DNA of 64,000 bases from Adineta vaga (taxonomy: Eukaryota > Animalia > Rotifera), in the NCBI GenBank assembly GCA_021613535.1, contig CP075494.1, positions 13,206,001 through 13,270,000 on the forward strand, written 5' to 3'. A model generated the notes under the pieces. That model was not told the origin of the DNA and searched no databases. It saw only the letters and a list, made by a program, of their open reading frames with translations. The stretch's first letter is position 1; each line of letters begins with the position of its first letter. A program made the position numbers and the translations under genes. Below, in pieces: positions 1 to 13,652 of the stretch.

Positions 1-70
1 ATCAAGATTGATAATTATCTTTGACTATAAAGAAAGGCAGATCATATCGATATTTTGATATTTATAACAA

Positions 71-1834
71 ATGAAAGCAGCGTGTCTTGGTCATCAATAT
101 TTAAATGTTCAATCTTTTAACGAAAATGACATTTTTTTCACTGGTGGTCGATTTCGTGTTGGTCGAAGACATCAACGACGACGATCAAAATTACAACCCT
201 ATGATAATCAAAGAGAACCATCGTTATCAGCTTCCGATCCACTTTCACGTCGATCTATTGCAATTATTGAACAATCAAAATCAGATACAACATCAAAATC
301 TCTCTTTGGACGAAGTTATAGTGCATCACATGATCTCTATGTTGTTAATGAACTACAACCAATTCGTAAAGTCCAATCTCAACATACCGATGGGGGTGAG
401 TCATACGAATGAATACATTAAAGGAAAATTCTCTTTTTTGTTTTGTTTTTCTAAGACCATAAACCATATTCGTTGAAAGCAATTATAAGTAAACGACATG
501 GTACGTATCAGTATCAAATAATTAGAAGTTATGTACTAAAATAAATTGAATTTTAGGAAATCAAAATGAAGATGATAAATTAAGTAGTCGTGTACGACGC
601 TTCTATAAGAAACAAGATGATCTCATTGATTCTTTACAAAAACTTCATGAACAGACATCATTGGAAGTTAAAAAAGAAAAGAAATCTTTAAATAAACAAA
701 AACGTTATACTGAATGGCTTATTCGAGCAACATTACTTTGTAATGTGGTATGTTTATCTATTAAAATATAAAGATGACTTAACTGAAAGTTATTCTATTT
801 CTATAGGCATTATTAATCGCTAAAATTGTTGCTGCAGTTTTCTCTCGATCACTTTCAATCATTTCTTCTGTAGTAGACTCAGCAGTTGATTCTGCTTCGG
901 CGTGTGTACTCTATTGGGTTGTGCGTGCTATTAAAAGACGCGATCCTTATACCTATCCAGGCGGTAAGGATTTTCATACTTTTTAAAAAAGTAAATAATT
1001 GTGACTCTATATTTCAGGTCGAACTCGATTGGAACCAGTTATTATCGTTATTCTTTCCGTTGTTATGGTTTCAGCATCTGTTCAAGTTATTTATGAATCA
1101 ATCGAATCTTTAATCAATGATATTCATCATTTTACGAACAATGGAACTGATCTACGTGAGATTGAGATGGGACCAGCCCCAATAACTGTCATGTGTATAA
1201 CTATTGGTAGATATAGATTAGTTCTTTGTTGTTTAAAACTGTGAATTTATTATTTAGTTAGTAAAGCTGTTCTATCATTTCTATGCTATCAAGTAACGAA
1301 TCCAACGATGTATGCTGTTGCACAAGATCATCGTAATGATGTTTTTTCAAATCTTATTGCACTTATATGTGGTATCGTAGGTAAGAAAAAGAAATTTGAA
1401 CTCGATTTCATCTTATAATTAACTCTTTTATAGCTGCAAAAGCACTTGATGGTTCTATTAAACAAAGAGAAGTTGTTGTCATTGATCCAATTGGTGCTAT
1501 TATTATATCTCTATATATTATCTTCTGTTGGTTAAGACAACTTCGTGAACAAGTACGAAATTTAAGTGGTTATAAAGCTAAACCTGAATTTTTACAAAAA
1601 ATAACATGGTTAACATTACATCATTCTCCTTTGATACAAAAAATAGATACAGTTCGAGCATTTCATTTTGGTACATCATTTTTAGTAGAAGTTGAAGTTA
1701 TTCTTCCCGAAACAATGTCACTGAAAGAAGCACATGATATAGGTGATGGTTTACAAAATAAATTAGAAAGTATCCCGGACGTCGAAAGAGCATTTGTTCA
1801 TTTAGATTATATGGTCGAAGCTTTGGAATATTAG
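71..1834 (+). CDS. Cation diffusion facilitator, Mn-CDF / metal tolerance protein type (multi-exon)
   Basis: Spliced translation gives RRFYKKQDDLID, SLSIISSVVDSAVD (TM2 DxxxD), YPG/GRTRLEPV, AQDHRND (TM5) and C-terminal IDTVRAFHFG...AHDIGDGLQNKLE...VERAFVHLDY. Short GT-AG introns, e.g. 396-455. Start codon uncertain. Confidence 0.9.
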
Positions 1835-2090
1835 ATTGACTATTCATACAAAAAATAAACTTTATTATTATTTCTTTTTTAAAAAAAATATAAAATTATT
1901 CAAGCCAAGAAATGAATGAATCGTTGAGATTTCAGCTATTCTATCATCTTTTAGTTATTCTAGCAATACTTTTCTTATACTTTTTCTGAATGATTGGTAG
2001 CCGACAAAATCAACGATAGATAATGCTCAAATAAAATTTTCATACAAAAGATGTGTGATCTTCATTGTATACACATAGTCTTAAGATCGA

Positions 2091-2162
2091 TCCGACGTGG
2101 TCTAGTGGTTAGGATTTCTGCCTTTCACGCAGGAGGCCCGGGTTCGATTCCCGGCGTCGGAA
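2091..2162 (+). tRNA. tRNA-Glu(TTC), copy 1
   Basis: Cloverleaf: acceptor TCCGACG/CGTCGGA, D-arm box TGGTCTAGTGG, anticodon loop CT-TTC-AC, T-arm GGTTCGATTCC, followed by a T-run Pol III terminator. Confidence 0.96.
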
Positions 2163-2299
2163 TTTCTTTTTGCCTTTATTCATTCGTAGCAATACTATTT
2201 GTGCAAATTATTTTTATTTTGACAAAATTTAAGTTGTTTTTTTTTGTTCGGTTGAAGGACAGCCAAAGGTTATTTGTTATGAAGCAATGTAAAAGACAG

Positions 2300-2371
2300 T
2301 CCGACGTGGTCTAGTGGTTAGGATTTCTGCCTTTCACGCAGGAGGCCCGGGTTCGATTCCCGGCGTCGGAA
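2300..2371 (+). tRNA. tRNA-Glu(TTC), copy 2
   Basis: Identical 72-nt sequence to copy 1, starting 209 bp later, followed by a T-run. Confidence 0.96.
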
Positions 2372-2685
2372 TTTCTTTTTTTTTCTTAATTTGAAAAAAA
2401 TCCGATGATAAAGTGTTAGAGAATGTAATGTGTAAGATAACTATTGCAATATTTCAAGCATGCTTAAAATAAAAATATGATGTTGCTTCTTTTCAATTAA
2501 TCGGTAAGAATCATGTGATTATAATTGTATGGTTATACATGTGAATGTATCTGTCTAAACGTTCTGGTTGAGTAAATCGATCATCGACGAGAGAAAAACA
2601 GACAAGTCACCTTGAATGTTTTCTTTATTTTCTCTTGTATATTTCTTTTTTACTCATACAAATTAAAAGAAAAGATCAAGTAAAT

Positions 2686-3325
2686 ATGTATAATAATTTC
2701 TCACCAGCAATGCCGCCACCGGCCTACGAATCATTACCACCAAATTATTATACACAACCGACATATTCTAATCAATATGAACAACCGTCATACTTTGATA
2801 ATACATACAATAATCAACCATTACAATCGATATATCAAGGCGTTCCGCAACAATCACTACCACCATCGACTTATATGGTACCTACTCAATCTCCACCTAT
2901 GTACGCACCGGTAGCACAACCAACATCTTACACACCACCTGTCGTACAACAACAACAACAACAACAACAACAACCTTCAAATAACAATCCGAGTAATGAT
3001 ATAATCTATTTCTGATTCATATGACTATTAATTCTTCTATTTAGAATCATCTACAAATAATTCAGCACCTCCTGGTACACCTTTTTCTAAAGGTTATAAA
3101 TGGCCACGTAAATCAATTGATATAATATGTCCACAATGTGGAGCCACAGTATTAACGCGTGTAGAAACATCCATTACTATTATTACTGTTATTGGAGCAG
3201 TTCTTCTATTTCTATGCACTTGTATATTAGTTTGTCTGCCATTCTGTGTACCGGCTTGTAAAAGATCGTCTCATTATTGTCCCTATTGCAATAGTGTATT
3301 AGGTGTACGAAAGCCGCTTCAATAA
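2686..3325 (+). CDS. LITAF-domain protein (2 exons: 2686-2992, 3045-3325)
   Basis: Pro/Tyr/Gln-rich N-terminus with PPAY. Exon 2 encodes CPQC...hydrophobic stretch...HYCPYC, the LITAF zinc-ribbon pattern. Confidence 0.9.
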
Positions 3326-3466
3326 AAGAAAAAGTGATCTAGTTAAATTTATCACAATTTTTTTTACAAAAAATTCAATAGACCTTCTGGAATGAGTAGT
3401 TTCTTTTTTTCAGTATAAAAAATATTTATATATAAATAATCGTACTGTGTTCCAATTCAATAAAGA

Positions 3467-6400
3467 TTAATTATCAAAATCATCAACATTAATTCGCATT
3501 GTATTTTGCGGTGATTTTCGACGTCCACTATTTCCATTTTGTTGATTACGATCATTATCGGCTCGATTTCGTTCACGATTCGTTCTTTTCTGTTCTTTTT
3601 CATGGTCAATATCATGTCGTTTTGTTTTATCATATTGCGTGTCGAAATCATCACTGGTCAAATGTTCACCTTCTAATACACCAATAACTGTCATATCAAT
3701 TAATTTATATGGTTCAAGTTTAAGATTAATATTCGGTGTTTTTGATTTCTTCGGTGTTGCCAATGGATCAATTATCAGCCATTGTGCACGTTCTGGAAAG
3801 TATCGTGCCAAGGTTACTTTATTAATCATTGATTTTAATGAAGATAAGATTTGTTGTTCAAGATATTCATATTTAAGTATAGCATTGTCTTTGAATGATA
3901 AAAGAAGTTCAAATTGTTGTTGAAAAGAGTTATTCAAATTATTTTTCGAATGAACGATGTTAAGTAGTAAATCTTTTTTATTTAAAGATTCAGGATGAGA
4001 TAAAATATCGAAAGCATACGAACATAAATCACGTACTTTAGCTTGTCTAAAAAGAAAAACATTTGGTTATTATCATCGATTTCAAAAGAATGCTTACTTA
4101 AGAGTTGTAAGAATTGGTTCATGAATAATTGTAGTTGGCTGATCATCTGCAATATCATAAAGACGAATAAATTCATAGGGTTGAGCAGTAGTTTCATAAT
4201 TTATTGGAACTTTGAAATCAATCGATTTAGCAATACGTTCACGAAGAACATTAAATGGAGATGTAATAGGTAATTCAAATCGTTCATTGATTTCAATCAA
4301 TTCAAATTTTATTGAAGTATGAACTAAATAAGATGAAAATGATTTTCTGATAAAATATCATTCATATCGAAAGATTATTTCATACTCGCTTCAACAGGTT
4401 TATAATATTTGTTAATAATTTGATAAATTCGTAATCGAACATGATTTCTTGGCGCAACACTACCAGATCGAATAGTTAATTGGATACCATTTGTTAGTCC
4501 ATTCACAACTAAATTTTGATCGAAATCATTCAATGGTGGACCATCATCGATTAATGATGGTTTAACTTCACATAGATGATATTCATTTTCATTATCTAAT
4601 GAGAACAACCAATGGCTAGAATGATGATTTCTATATGATTTACTTACCATTCATATGAAGTCCTTGTTTAATCAGATGCCATAGATCAGTTAATGTAATG
4701 CTACAATCAACAATTAATTCCAATGGATTTGGTTCACGATCCGATTGAATCGAAATTAAAAGTTCATTCTCTTTCAATGCTTGACCAATCTTTAGACAAA
4801 GATTTGTATGATTTTGTTTAAAATCAATTGTATCTACTGTTTGATGATCATATACTAACATGACAAGAAGGAGAAGAAAACACATAGAATGTGTCTATGA
4901 AAAATAAAGAGAAATTTAACTTACAAGGGATTTCAGCTAGATCTGAATCATCATCAATGTATAATCGACACATAGATGGACCTAATGATAAACCAAATGC
5001 TTCAATTGCTCTGCGTTTAACTTCACCGATCAGCTAGAATATGAAAGGAAGTTTCTTTTTTCCCAGTAGTTTATCTCTTCGTAAACTTACCGTTGTATTA
5101 AAACAACTACAAGTCATTGGTTTTGTGTTAGTTAAATCAATATTATTCCTAATTGTTAATGATAATTGAGTTTTGCTCATATTTGTATTATTCGATGAAG
5201 CATCTTTCCAACTTGGTACACTAAAAGAATCAATAACGAGTAAAGATGAAAATAGATATGATATAATTGCTCACAAAGAATTTTTATTGTCAATTCCTAA
5301 TGTATCACCATCATGTAGATGTAATTGTGCTAAAGTTTGTTTTTCTTCATCAATTTTATATTCACGTCGTGATTTACGATTATTTTTTTCTTCTAAATTC
5401 AATTTACCCATTCTAACTTGTCGTAAAATTTGTTGATCTTCATATTGATAATAATCTCGAAAGAGAGTTTCCTTTAATTCAGCTAATGTTGTATTTTTTG
5501 ATATATGTCGAGTCGTTTGTAAACGTGATGCATGAAGATGTGCATCAGGAAAACCATAGACTATATTCAACATAATTGGTTCAAATTCTTCACCTTGAAT
5601 AATGGTATTCGGTAAGATCGATGAATTTTTGAAGACAATTAAATTTCGATAAATCGAGAGATCATTTTTATCTAATGTAAGATCATCATCAACATTGACT
5701 AATTCACTAATGACATGTAATTGTCCAGAACGAAGTTTTTTCGAAGTATAAAAATGTGTGTCATCACCATATAGATTCTAAAAGAAATCGATAAGAATAT
5801 ATGAGAAAGAAAAGATGAAATATGTACTTTTAAAAGCGAAATAAATTCATTTGTTTTTGTTCGTTTATCAAGTGTATGTTCACCATATGGATCGGGAAAA
5901 AGCATTTGATTAGCATTATTTAAATTTAATCGACAACCATCAATAACTTCAAACCAATCACTTGGATAGATTGTTACTGGTAATTGATTTTGATATTTTT
6001 CATAGATTTCACTAGAAGAAAATTATTTATTCGCTTATCTTATTTCTTTCGTATTCTACCGTTTTTCTTCTAGAATTTTATTTTTTTCTGCAATTTCTTC
6101 GATTAACCATTGAGGTATAGAATAGGCAGTATCCGAACAATCCATACTTGAGTCATTTTTCTTTCGCGAACTTTGTAATCTATAGAATAACATATAGGCA
6201 CAATCATTTAATCCATAATGTCTTTGAATATGCTGTTGTGTTACACATGTTACACTTGAATCATCAAAACAAAACCAATGTTCATTTTCATGACCATTTG
6301 TTTCTGGTTTTTCGATTTGTGATGATTCATAATCCATATCAATAACTTCATTGTCATCCACATCCATTTGTTCAACTAATCGAACACGTTTATCATCAAT

Positions 6401-8320
6401 ATGAAAGACTTCAGGATGATTACGAAGAAACTAGAGAAAGCAGCATCATCATCATCAACGATGAATATTCATTGAAAGAAAGAAAATAATATTACTTTTG
6501 TAAAAGCACCATTAGAATTACGAGTACGACTCCAAGGAATTGTAGTATTTTCTCGGTAAGTCTAAAAGAATAAAATGAAATAATGGGTTTTTTCTTTAAA
6601 AAAAACAAACTTTTAAAAGATCATCAATAGTAAACCAATCATCGCATGATAATAATATTGTACGAAGTAATTCAATTCTCTTTGCTATTTCTTCTTCCGA
6701 TTCGACAGGTTCGTTTGTAGTGGAGTTTTTAGTGGTACGAGAATTGCTATTCGGCGTACTACCATTGCGAGTATTCGTTGTCTTTTGTTTATTTGATGAT
6801 TTCGTCTATGAAATATTTTCATGTAAACGACGTTCCAATCAAATTCAATTATCAATACACAGAACTTACTGTAGTTGTTGCTGACGGTGGAGGACGTATC
6901 CATGTACCGATTTGATCGATATCTTTAATATAGCCATAATAATGTCCTGAGTAACATGTACCTTTATGAATAACAACCGCGAATAGTTCATAATTCGATT
7001 CAATTACAGAATCCTAAATTGAATAGATGTGTATTATCTGATTCAATATCGATATTAACTTCAACATACATCACAAAATTCTTTCAAATCAATTTCAAAT
7101 GGAAATTCATAACGTGTCGTTTTCTTCAATCGATTACCCGTTTTAATATCATAAACGAATCTTTGCAATGGTAGAGTTAAAATCGGTGGTAATTTACTTA
7201 TTTTTGCCCACTAAAAATTTCAACAATAAGAATCACACTCATATCCTTTCGTTTCTTATTTTGTTTTTACTTTTTCAGCATCACATAATGTATTTGCACA
7301 TGAGGAACATCGATATTGATTATCACCAATTAAATGTTCATGAATAGTAAACATATTTGCAAGAGATGTTTGTAAATTTGGACTATCTTGTACAACTAAT
7401 GGTAAATCATGATAATCTTCCTTTAGAGAAAAAAAGAACAAATGATTTATTCAAATTTGTGCGAATTTTTTCAAATTTATTACTATTCGTTTGAAAATAT
7501 TCTGACATTTTTTGCATTGAGTATAATTTATTGTTGAACCTTCATAACACGTACGTATTAAATTAGATTGTTTTGTTCCTTGTAATGATTTTTGAATAGC
7601 ATCAAACAGTAATCGATTTAATTCATGAACATCTTGATGATCGAACGTCTATTGTGAAATGAAATCGAAATCAAAATATTCTCATCGAAAGATAAAACAA
7701 ACTTCATTCGATTGCCAACCAAAACTATCGGTTAATCGAATAGATGAACATGCTTGTTGATTGAGTAAGAACATTTCAGCAAAGAGACGTTGCAATTCAA
7801 CTATAATTTTACGAACCTAATGAAAAAATTAAAACAGGTAAATTGGTGTGTAAGAGAAAATGATGCATTACTTTTAAAGTCGTTCCACTCGATGGCGTTT
7901 GACTTGAATCAGTAGAGATAGATGAAAGATTAAGATCTTTCGCAGATAGACTAAAAAGAGGTTCTAAACGAAAACAGAATAATAAGAATAAACAAAATGT
8001 CATTTACTTACCACGAAATTCTGGTGTAAAAAGTAGTGTTTGTATAAGAGCATTAAGATAACTAAAAGTGAAATGATGATTATCAAAATCTCACAATCCT
8101 TCTCAATCTTACCAAGTTCCTCCTTGATTTTGTAAACCACATAAATTTGTTTCATTTCGTGATGTTGGAGGTTTCTCCACTGTAGATTTAGAATTCGTAT
8201 TCGATGTTACTTGATAAGTAACTAAATGTTTATTTAATCATTTCTTTTTTTCTAACTATATCAATTACTTAACTTACATTCTCCCTCTCCACCTTCATCG
8301 CCGAAGAGACCTTGTAACAT
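3467..8320 (-). CDS. USP40: Ubiquitin carboxyl-terminal hydrolase 40-like (multi-exon)
   Basis: N-terminus MLQGLFGDE. Cys box GLQNQGGT(C)YLNALIQTLLFTPEFR, QDVHELNRLLFDAI, His box YELFAVVIHKGTCYSGHYYGYIKD, WFCFDDSSV, AYMLFYR. Long C-terminal extension as in USP40. Confidence 0.85.
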
Positions 8321-8415
8321 CTTATTCTTAATCTAAAAAGAAAAACAATGTTTCAAAATATCATCCTAATCATGAAAAGAGAAAAAAAACAATGGAAATA
8401 GAAAAGAAAAACGTT

Positions 8416-8913
8416 TTAATGATCACCAGCTTCTTTGTTTGTTTCTAAAAATTTCTCATACTGTTTTTCCGTCATTAATGTTGAAGATAGATTCTTTTTT
8501 TCTTTCTCATCAATCATTGCTTGAACAAGCCAACCATTTTCATATGGACTTTTATTAATTAGATCAGATTCATTTTGTAATTTTTCATTTATCTTTGATA
8601 TTTCACCATCGATTGGCATGTAACAATCGGAAACAGCTTTAACGGATTCTAATGTTGCAAATGTATCATCACGTTTTAATTTTGTACCAACTGATGGTAA
8701 TTCACAATAAACAACATCACCAAGAGCACGTTGAGCATGATCACTAATTCCAATACGAACTTCATTTGGTTTTTTACTTGTATCAAGCAATTGTATCCAT
8801 TCATGTTTTTGAGTAAAATAACGTTCTTGGTAAATGCATTTTGTTAAATGAATTTGACGTATTGGTTGAAATTGAAGAGTACGACGAAATAGTAAGAATG
8901 ATAGAGCTGACAT
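8416..8913 (-). CDS. GCSH: Glycine cleavage system H protein, mitochondrial (intronless)
   Basis: YFTQKHEWI, IGISDHAQRALGDVVY, lipoyl motif LESVKAVSD, INKSPYENGW. Arg-rich transit-peptide-like N-terminus. Confidence 0.96.
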   Translation of the reverse strand: MSALSFLLFRRTLQFQPIRQIHLTKCIYQERYFTQKHEWIQLLDTSKKPNEVRIGISDHAQRALGDVVYCELPSVGTKLKRDDTFATLESVKAVSDCYMPIDGEISKINEKLQNESDLINKSPYENGWLVQAMIDEKEKKNLSSTLMTEKQYEKFLETNKEAGDH

Positions 8914-9254
8914 TGGAATGAGATCTTAAAATTAAAAGTTAGAGCGCAACAATTAAGTCGTGGATTTTAGTCGACGTATGCGTGGTGTCATAATCAAACT
9001 TCATCGCGATACGCGTTTTATCGTAACCAATCGATGACTAGTATGAATCATCATCATTGAATTGTATGGTAAAAGTTTTGAATTGATTCTTTTTTTACTT
9101 GAGTCATGTATATTACCTAAATTTCGTCATTTCTTTCGTAAGAACATTTGTTTGAAATCGAGAATGACTTGAGATTTAAATACATGTAAAACAATTCATT
9201 CTTACCTGTAAATATTTTCTGATATTTTTCTAGTCAAGAGAGTATTTTTTCTTC

Positions 9255-11706
9255 ATGGCATCATTTAAACAGTTAAAATTATTCGTTGACAAAGAACTTG
9301 ATCAATGTTTACGAAATGTTGTTCGACCATTTACTGAACATGTCTATTTCCCTGAAACACCAATAGATCCACTTGGCATCGAGAGTATGCTTTGAAAAAA
9401 TAAAACGAATCTTCCTTGATTTGATTCTTTTTCCTTCTTTTCTAAGAACATCACCAGGAAAGTCAATTACAGACTTTATCGATTTCGGATACATTAGCAT
9501 GTGCAACTTGTCAAGTACAATTTACTGAACGACCAGAACAGGTTTCTTTCTATTTCTATACTTAGAAAAAAAGTCAATCTAACTGTGATTTTCTTTCTTC
9601 ATTCGATTAAATTAGACAATTCATTTCAAATCCGATTGGCATCGATTTAATTTGAAAAGAAAACTTCGTAATCAACCTCCATTTTCATCTGAGAAATTCG
9701 AAGATATGGAAAGTAGGTTACTTGAAAATATTCCATATCATTCATATCTTCTCATTCACTTCTAGAGGATATATCAAGTATATCCGGAAGTGATTCATCC
9801 GCTGATGATTTAAGTGATACCGAAAATTCATTCAATGCATCTAATGATGGTTCTTATAATTCATGTGCTAGAAATAATCCAAAAATTGTTTTAACATTAA
9901 ACGATGGTCGTCATTTGTCATTCTATAGATGCCTTCTTCATGGAAAGAAGGTACATATCGAAAATCTATCTGAATTAAACTTATGTGATTTCGAGTATTT
10001 AGAATTTTCCTCAGGAATCTCAAGAATTGATTATTACTGCACAAAGACTTCCCTTATGTGTCTATTGGTGTGTTGTAATGGCTGCGGGCGGTCATTTTGC
10101 AATCGCATTATTTGAACGTGATAAAATTATTCAACATAAAACGTTTCATAAATATATCATTCGTGCTAAACAAGGATCAGCACAATCAGCACATGATCAA
10201 AAAACAGGTGGAAAAGCTCGATCAGCTGGTGCTAATCTTCGTCGTCAAAATATGCTTCATTTAAAACAAGTAAATTCAATTGCAATACTATCTTTCACAA
10301 TCATTCATTGAATTTTGCTATTCTAAAATAGAAAATTCAAGAACTTTTTATTTCATTAAAAAGTGAAATGCAACGTTGTTCATTGATCTTCGTTCGAGCA
10401 CCAAGTTTCAATCAACAATTATTATTTAGTGATAAGAATGCTCCATTATCAACAACTGATCCAAGGTTTGAATAGAAAAAATGTTATTTGATCAGATTAA
10501 ATGATTTGAGTCTTTTTCTTTTTTTGAAGAATTCGTTCAATTCCATTTGCGACACTTCGACCAACTTTTAGTGAAATCAAACGAGTTTATGATCAGTTAA
10601 CAAAGATGGAACTTTATCGTAAGTTGACTGTCAATTCATTAAATATTTATATCTATGAAATCATTTGATTATCTAGCGGAAGATTATCAATTTCAAAAAG
10701 TTGAACAAGAAAAATCATCAATAACAAAAACGAAATTATCAATAGCAAAGAAAACGACTGCAGATTCATCCTCGGATTCTGAAGATAATTCTGGTTTGTT
10801 TCTTTTTCTAACTTATTCCAACTAAGATTGTATCTTGATTTGAATTAGATGATGAAAATGAACAACCAACAGCTAAGCAAACTGTAAAGAAACAACCTAT
10901 CGTACCACCAACACCAACTGATCGAAAAATATTGCGTAAGATCATTTCCTATATTTTAAAACTAAACGTCAATATTTTTGTTTTTCTTAGCTGCCGAAGA
11001 TCTAACCGTTTTTAATGAATTATTTACTGCTTGTCGTCTAAATGATACTCAACGATTTGATGATATAATTTCACGTTTACGTGTTTTGAAAACAATCGAA
11101 AAATTTCCTTCAACTATCGATATACTTAATTATCAAACTGCTGGTAGTCTCGATACACTTTTACATATTACAAGTGAGCGTGGTCACTTGAAATTAATTC
11201 AACGTTTATTAAACGAAGGTGCTGATCTAGCTCTAGCAAATCAACGAGGAAAATATCCGTATAATTTATGTAAAAATAAAGAAACGAAAGAAATCTTTCG
11301 TCTATTTCGAAATGATAATCCAGATAAATATGATTATAATCTTGGTCAAGTTGCTCCAAGTATAACAACGGAAGAATTAGAACGACAACGTATAGTCGAA
11401 CGTGATCGTCGTCGTCAAACGAAAAAACGTCGAACAGACAAACAGCGAAGTGATCAAGAAAGACAATTGCGAGAACAAGAAGAAGAAGAACAACGAGCAG
11501 CTTTTCTCGCATTATCCGATGTTGAAAAACGAACATTAGCTGTGCATATGAATTTTGAAACAAACAAACGTGATGAATTACATTTAGGACGTTGTTGGCA
11601 ATGTGCAAAAAAGATTTCCGATGAACCGTTTACTTATTTTGATTATAAATTTTGTTCAACAGCTTGTTTGAAAGCACACAGGACGAAAACTAAAACATCT
11701 GTTTAA
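9255..11706 (+). CDS. ANKZF1: Ankyrin and zinc-finger peptidyl-tRNA release factor ANKZF1/Vms1 (multi-exon)
   Basis: C2H2 CATCQ...HFKSDWHRFNLK, VLRF1 motif GGHFA...HKTFHKYIIRAKQGSAQS...SAGANLRR, ankyrin TLLHIT, coiled coil, C-terminal CWQC...FCSTACLKAH. Confidence 0.93.
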
Positions 11707-13652
11707 TGTGTGTAGTTGTCTGTTTTTTTTCGAAATATATTTTGATTTTAAGAAAAACAACAGAAAGTTTTATACTGAGCAGATCCGTCAATTTTGTGGC
11801 ATACGAATGTTGATAAAAATATAGAATCAACGATTTGAATTGTAATAATAAACACTGTGATGTGTGCTGAATAATCATATCAGAGTTAGCGTTTTCTAAC
11901 AATTATTATTATTGCACGAATTTTCATGAAATTTCTTGTCTCTTGTCTGAGTTTTCACGATAAAATGCCTATCAATCTCTAGTGGAGATAAAAACAATGA
12001 TTGATTGAATTTACGTCTGTACTGTAGGAGGATATGGGCGAGTGATCAAAACTAAATTAAGTGTTTCTAATACTCGCATATGTAATCTTCTGAACTTATT
12101 TTATGCAGTATCGTACTTCATTTTTTTCTCAAAGTAATAAGAATCCGTCATTCATGCCATATTTTAGCACGTGATTAAATGCATATCTCACAAGATCCAT
12201 TTATATCCGCATACGAATAAACCGGCTGTTTCCTTAGATAACTGAACTGAAGTATTGATAATAACATGACTGGTGGTTTTAGTTTCCTGTTGTTTCATAT
12301 GAATTTATGTATTTTATTGCGTTTTTTTTCATGAAACATTAAATGTCAATACTTCTTTTTCTGAAAACTTCAATAAAAACTTTTCTCCATCAACTTCTTT
12401 TTTACAAACGACAACGGATACTATCAAGTAGTTTTCTATTCTTATTGATGAATATAATTATTGATTGAACACGGCTACAATTTGACAGAAGAATAGGAGC
12501 TACTTTTGAAAATAATTTTTCTCGTTCGTATAAAAGAAATTATTTATAAACGTTAGAAACTATTTCAGTCGCGTCAATCGAGAATGATTTTTATCAGATA
12601 CCATTTATAATAACGATGTGTTCCAGAACTCATACAACGCACTTGAAATGAAAGTAAAAAAGGGATCGATTTTCAATGGCATTGCCATTTATACTTAACT
12701 ATTGATTGCTGTACGTTCAAAAATAAAATAACGGGTGGGGCCAAAGTTTTACTTTAATTTTCTTTTTGATGCCGTGCTGCCATAGAATGTCACAGAGGCT
12801 TGATTCTTTTTTTTGTTAGAAGAAGCGAAGTGTCTAGTGCAAAAATATATAAAAAAGATTTATATTAGAAATGTTTTCATAGAGTAAGAGAAATCTTAGA
12901 CTACAACAAACACATCAGAAACCTCTTCTGCAACTTTAGCACAAATTTTTGTATTGAAAAAGCATTGTTTAAGCTTCTTATTATTTATGTTTGATGCTTT
13001 TGAATACTATAGTTATACAATATGCTCTTTAGAAAAAAAAGCTATCGAATGATCCAAAAAAAAATTGATGTGGCATGTAAGAGAACAGATAATAGAGAAT
13101 TATATGAAAAAAATTGTTCTATTTCAGACTCCCTATACGACAACATATTCTTGTTTAAATATTTCGGCAGGCGCATTTTGCTCGATTTCAAATAATATGC
13201 TTTGGTAGACGATTCACGAAACATCCTTGTACCTATAAAATGTCTAGTATTGAATAATCAACCGTTTTGGGAGACAATCTTTTTTTGAGTATCATTTTAA
13301 TGATGAAAAATTCGTGACTCTGGCTTAACAATATAATAAGGATCTCGATTATTCTAAATCATATGGGAAACTACTTCCTTTGCATATTAGTAGTACTCTG
13401 TATTTCATTTATAAAACTCGAATCAGACGAATAAAAAAGACAGCCTATCTGATTCTATAAAAAAAATTTCTACTCTCAGAAATGTTGCGGAAGAGATTTC
13501 TGATGTGTTGTAGTCTAAGATTTCTCTTGCTCTATGAAAACACTTCTAATATAAATCTTTTATATATTTTTGTACTAGACAATTCGCTTCTTCTAACAAA
13601 AAAAGAATCAAGCATTTACAGTTTACTTCTTATTCTGTTATTTATACAGCAG

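Noticed and set aside
2051-2314. 87-aa ORF overlapping the tRNAs
   Set aside because: Spurious translation through the tRNA genes.
11900-13450. Gene-free stretch with a Tc1-TIR-like word near 12730
   Set aside because: No matching inverted partner or transposase remnant could be identified.
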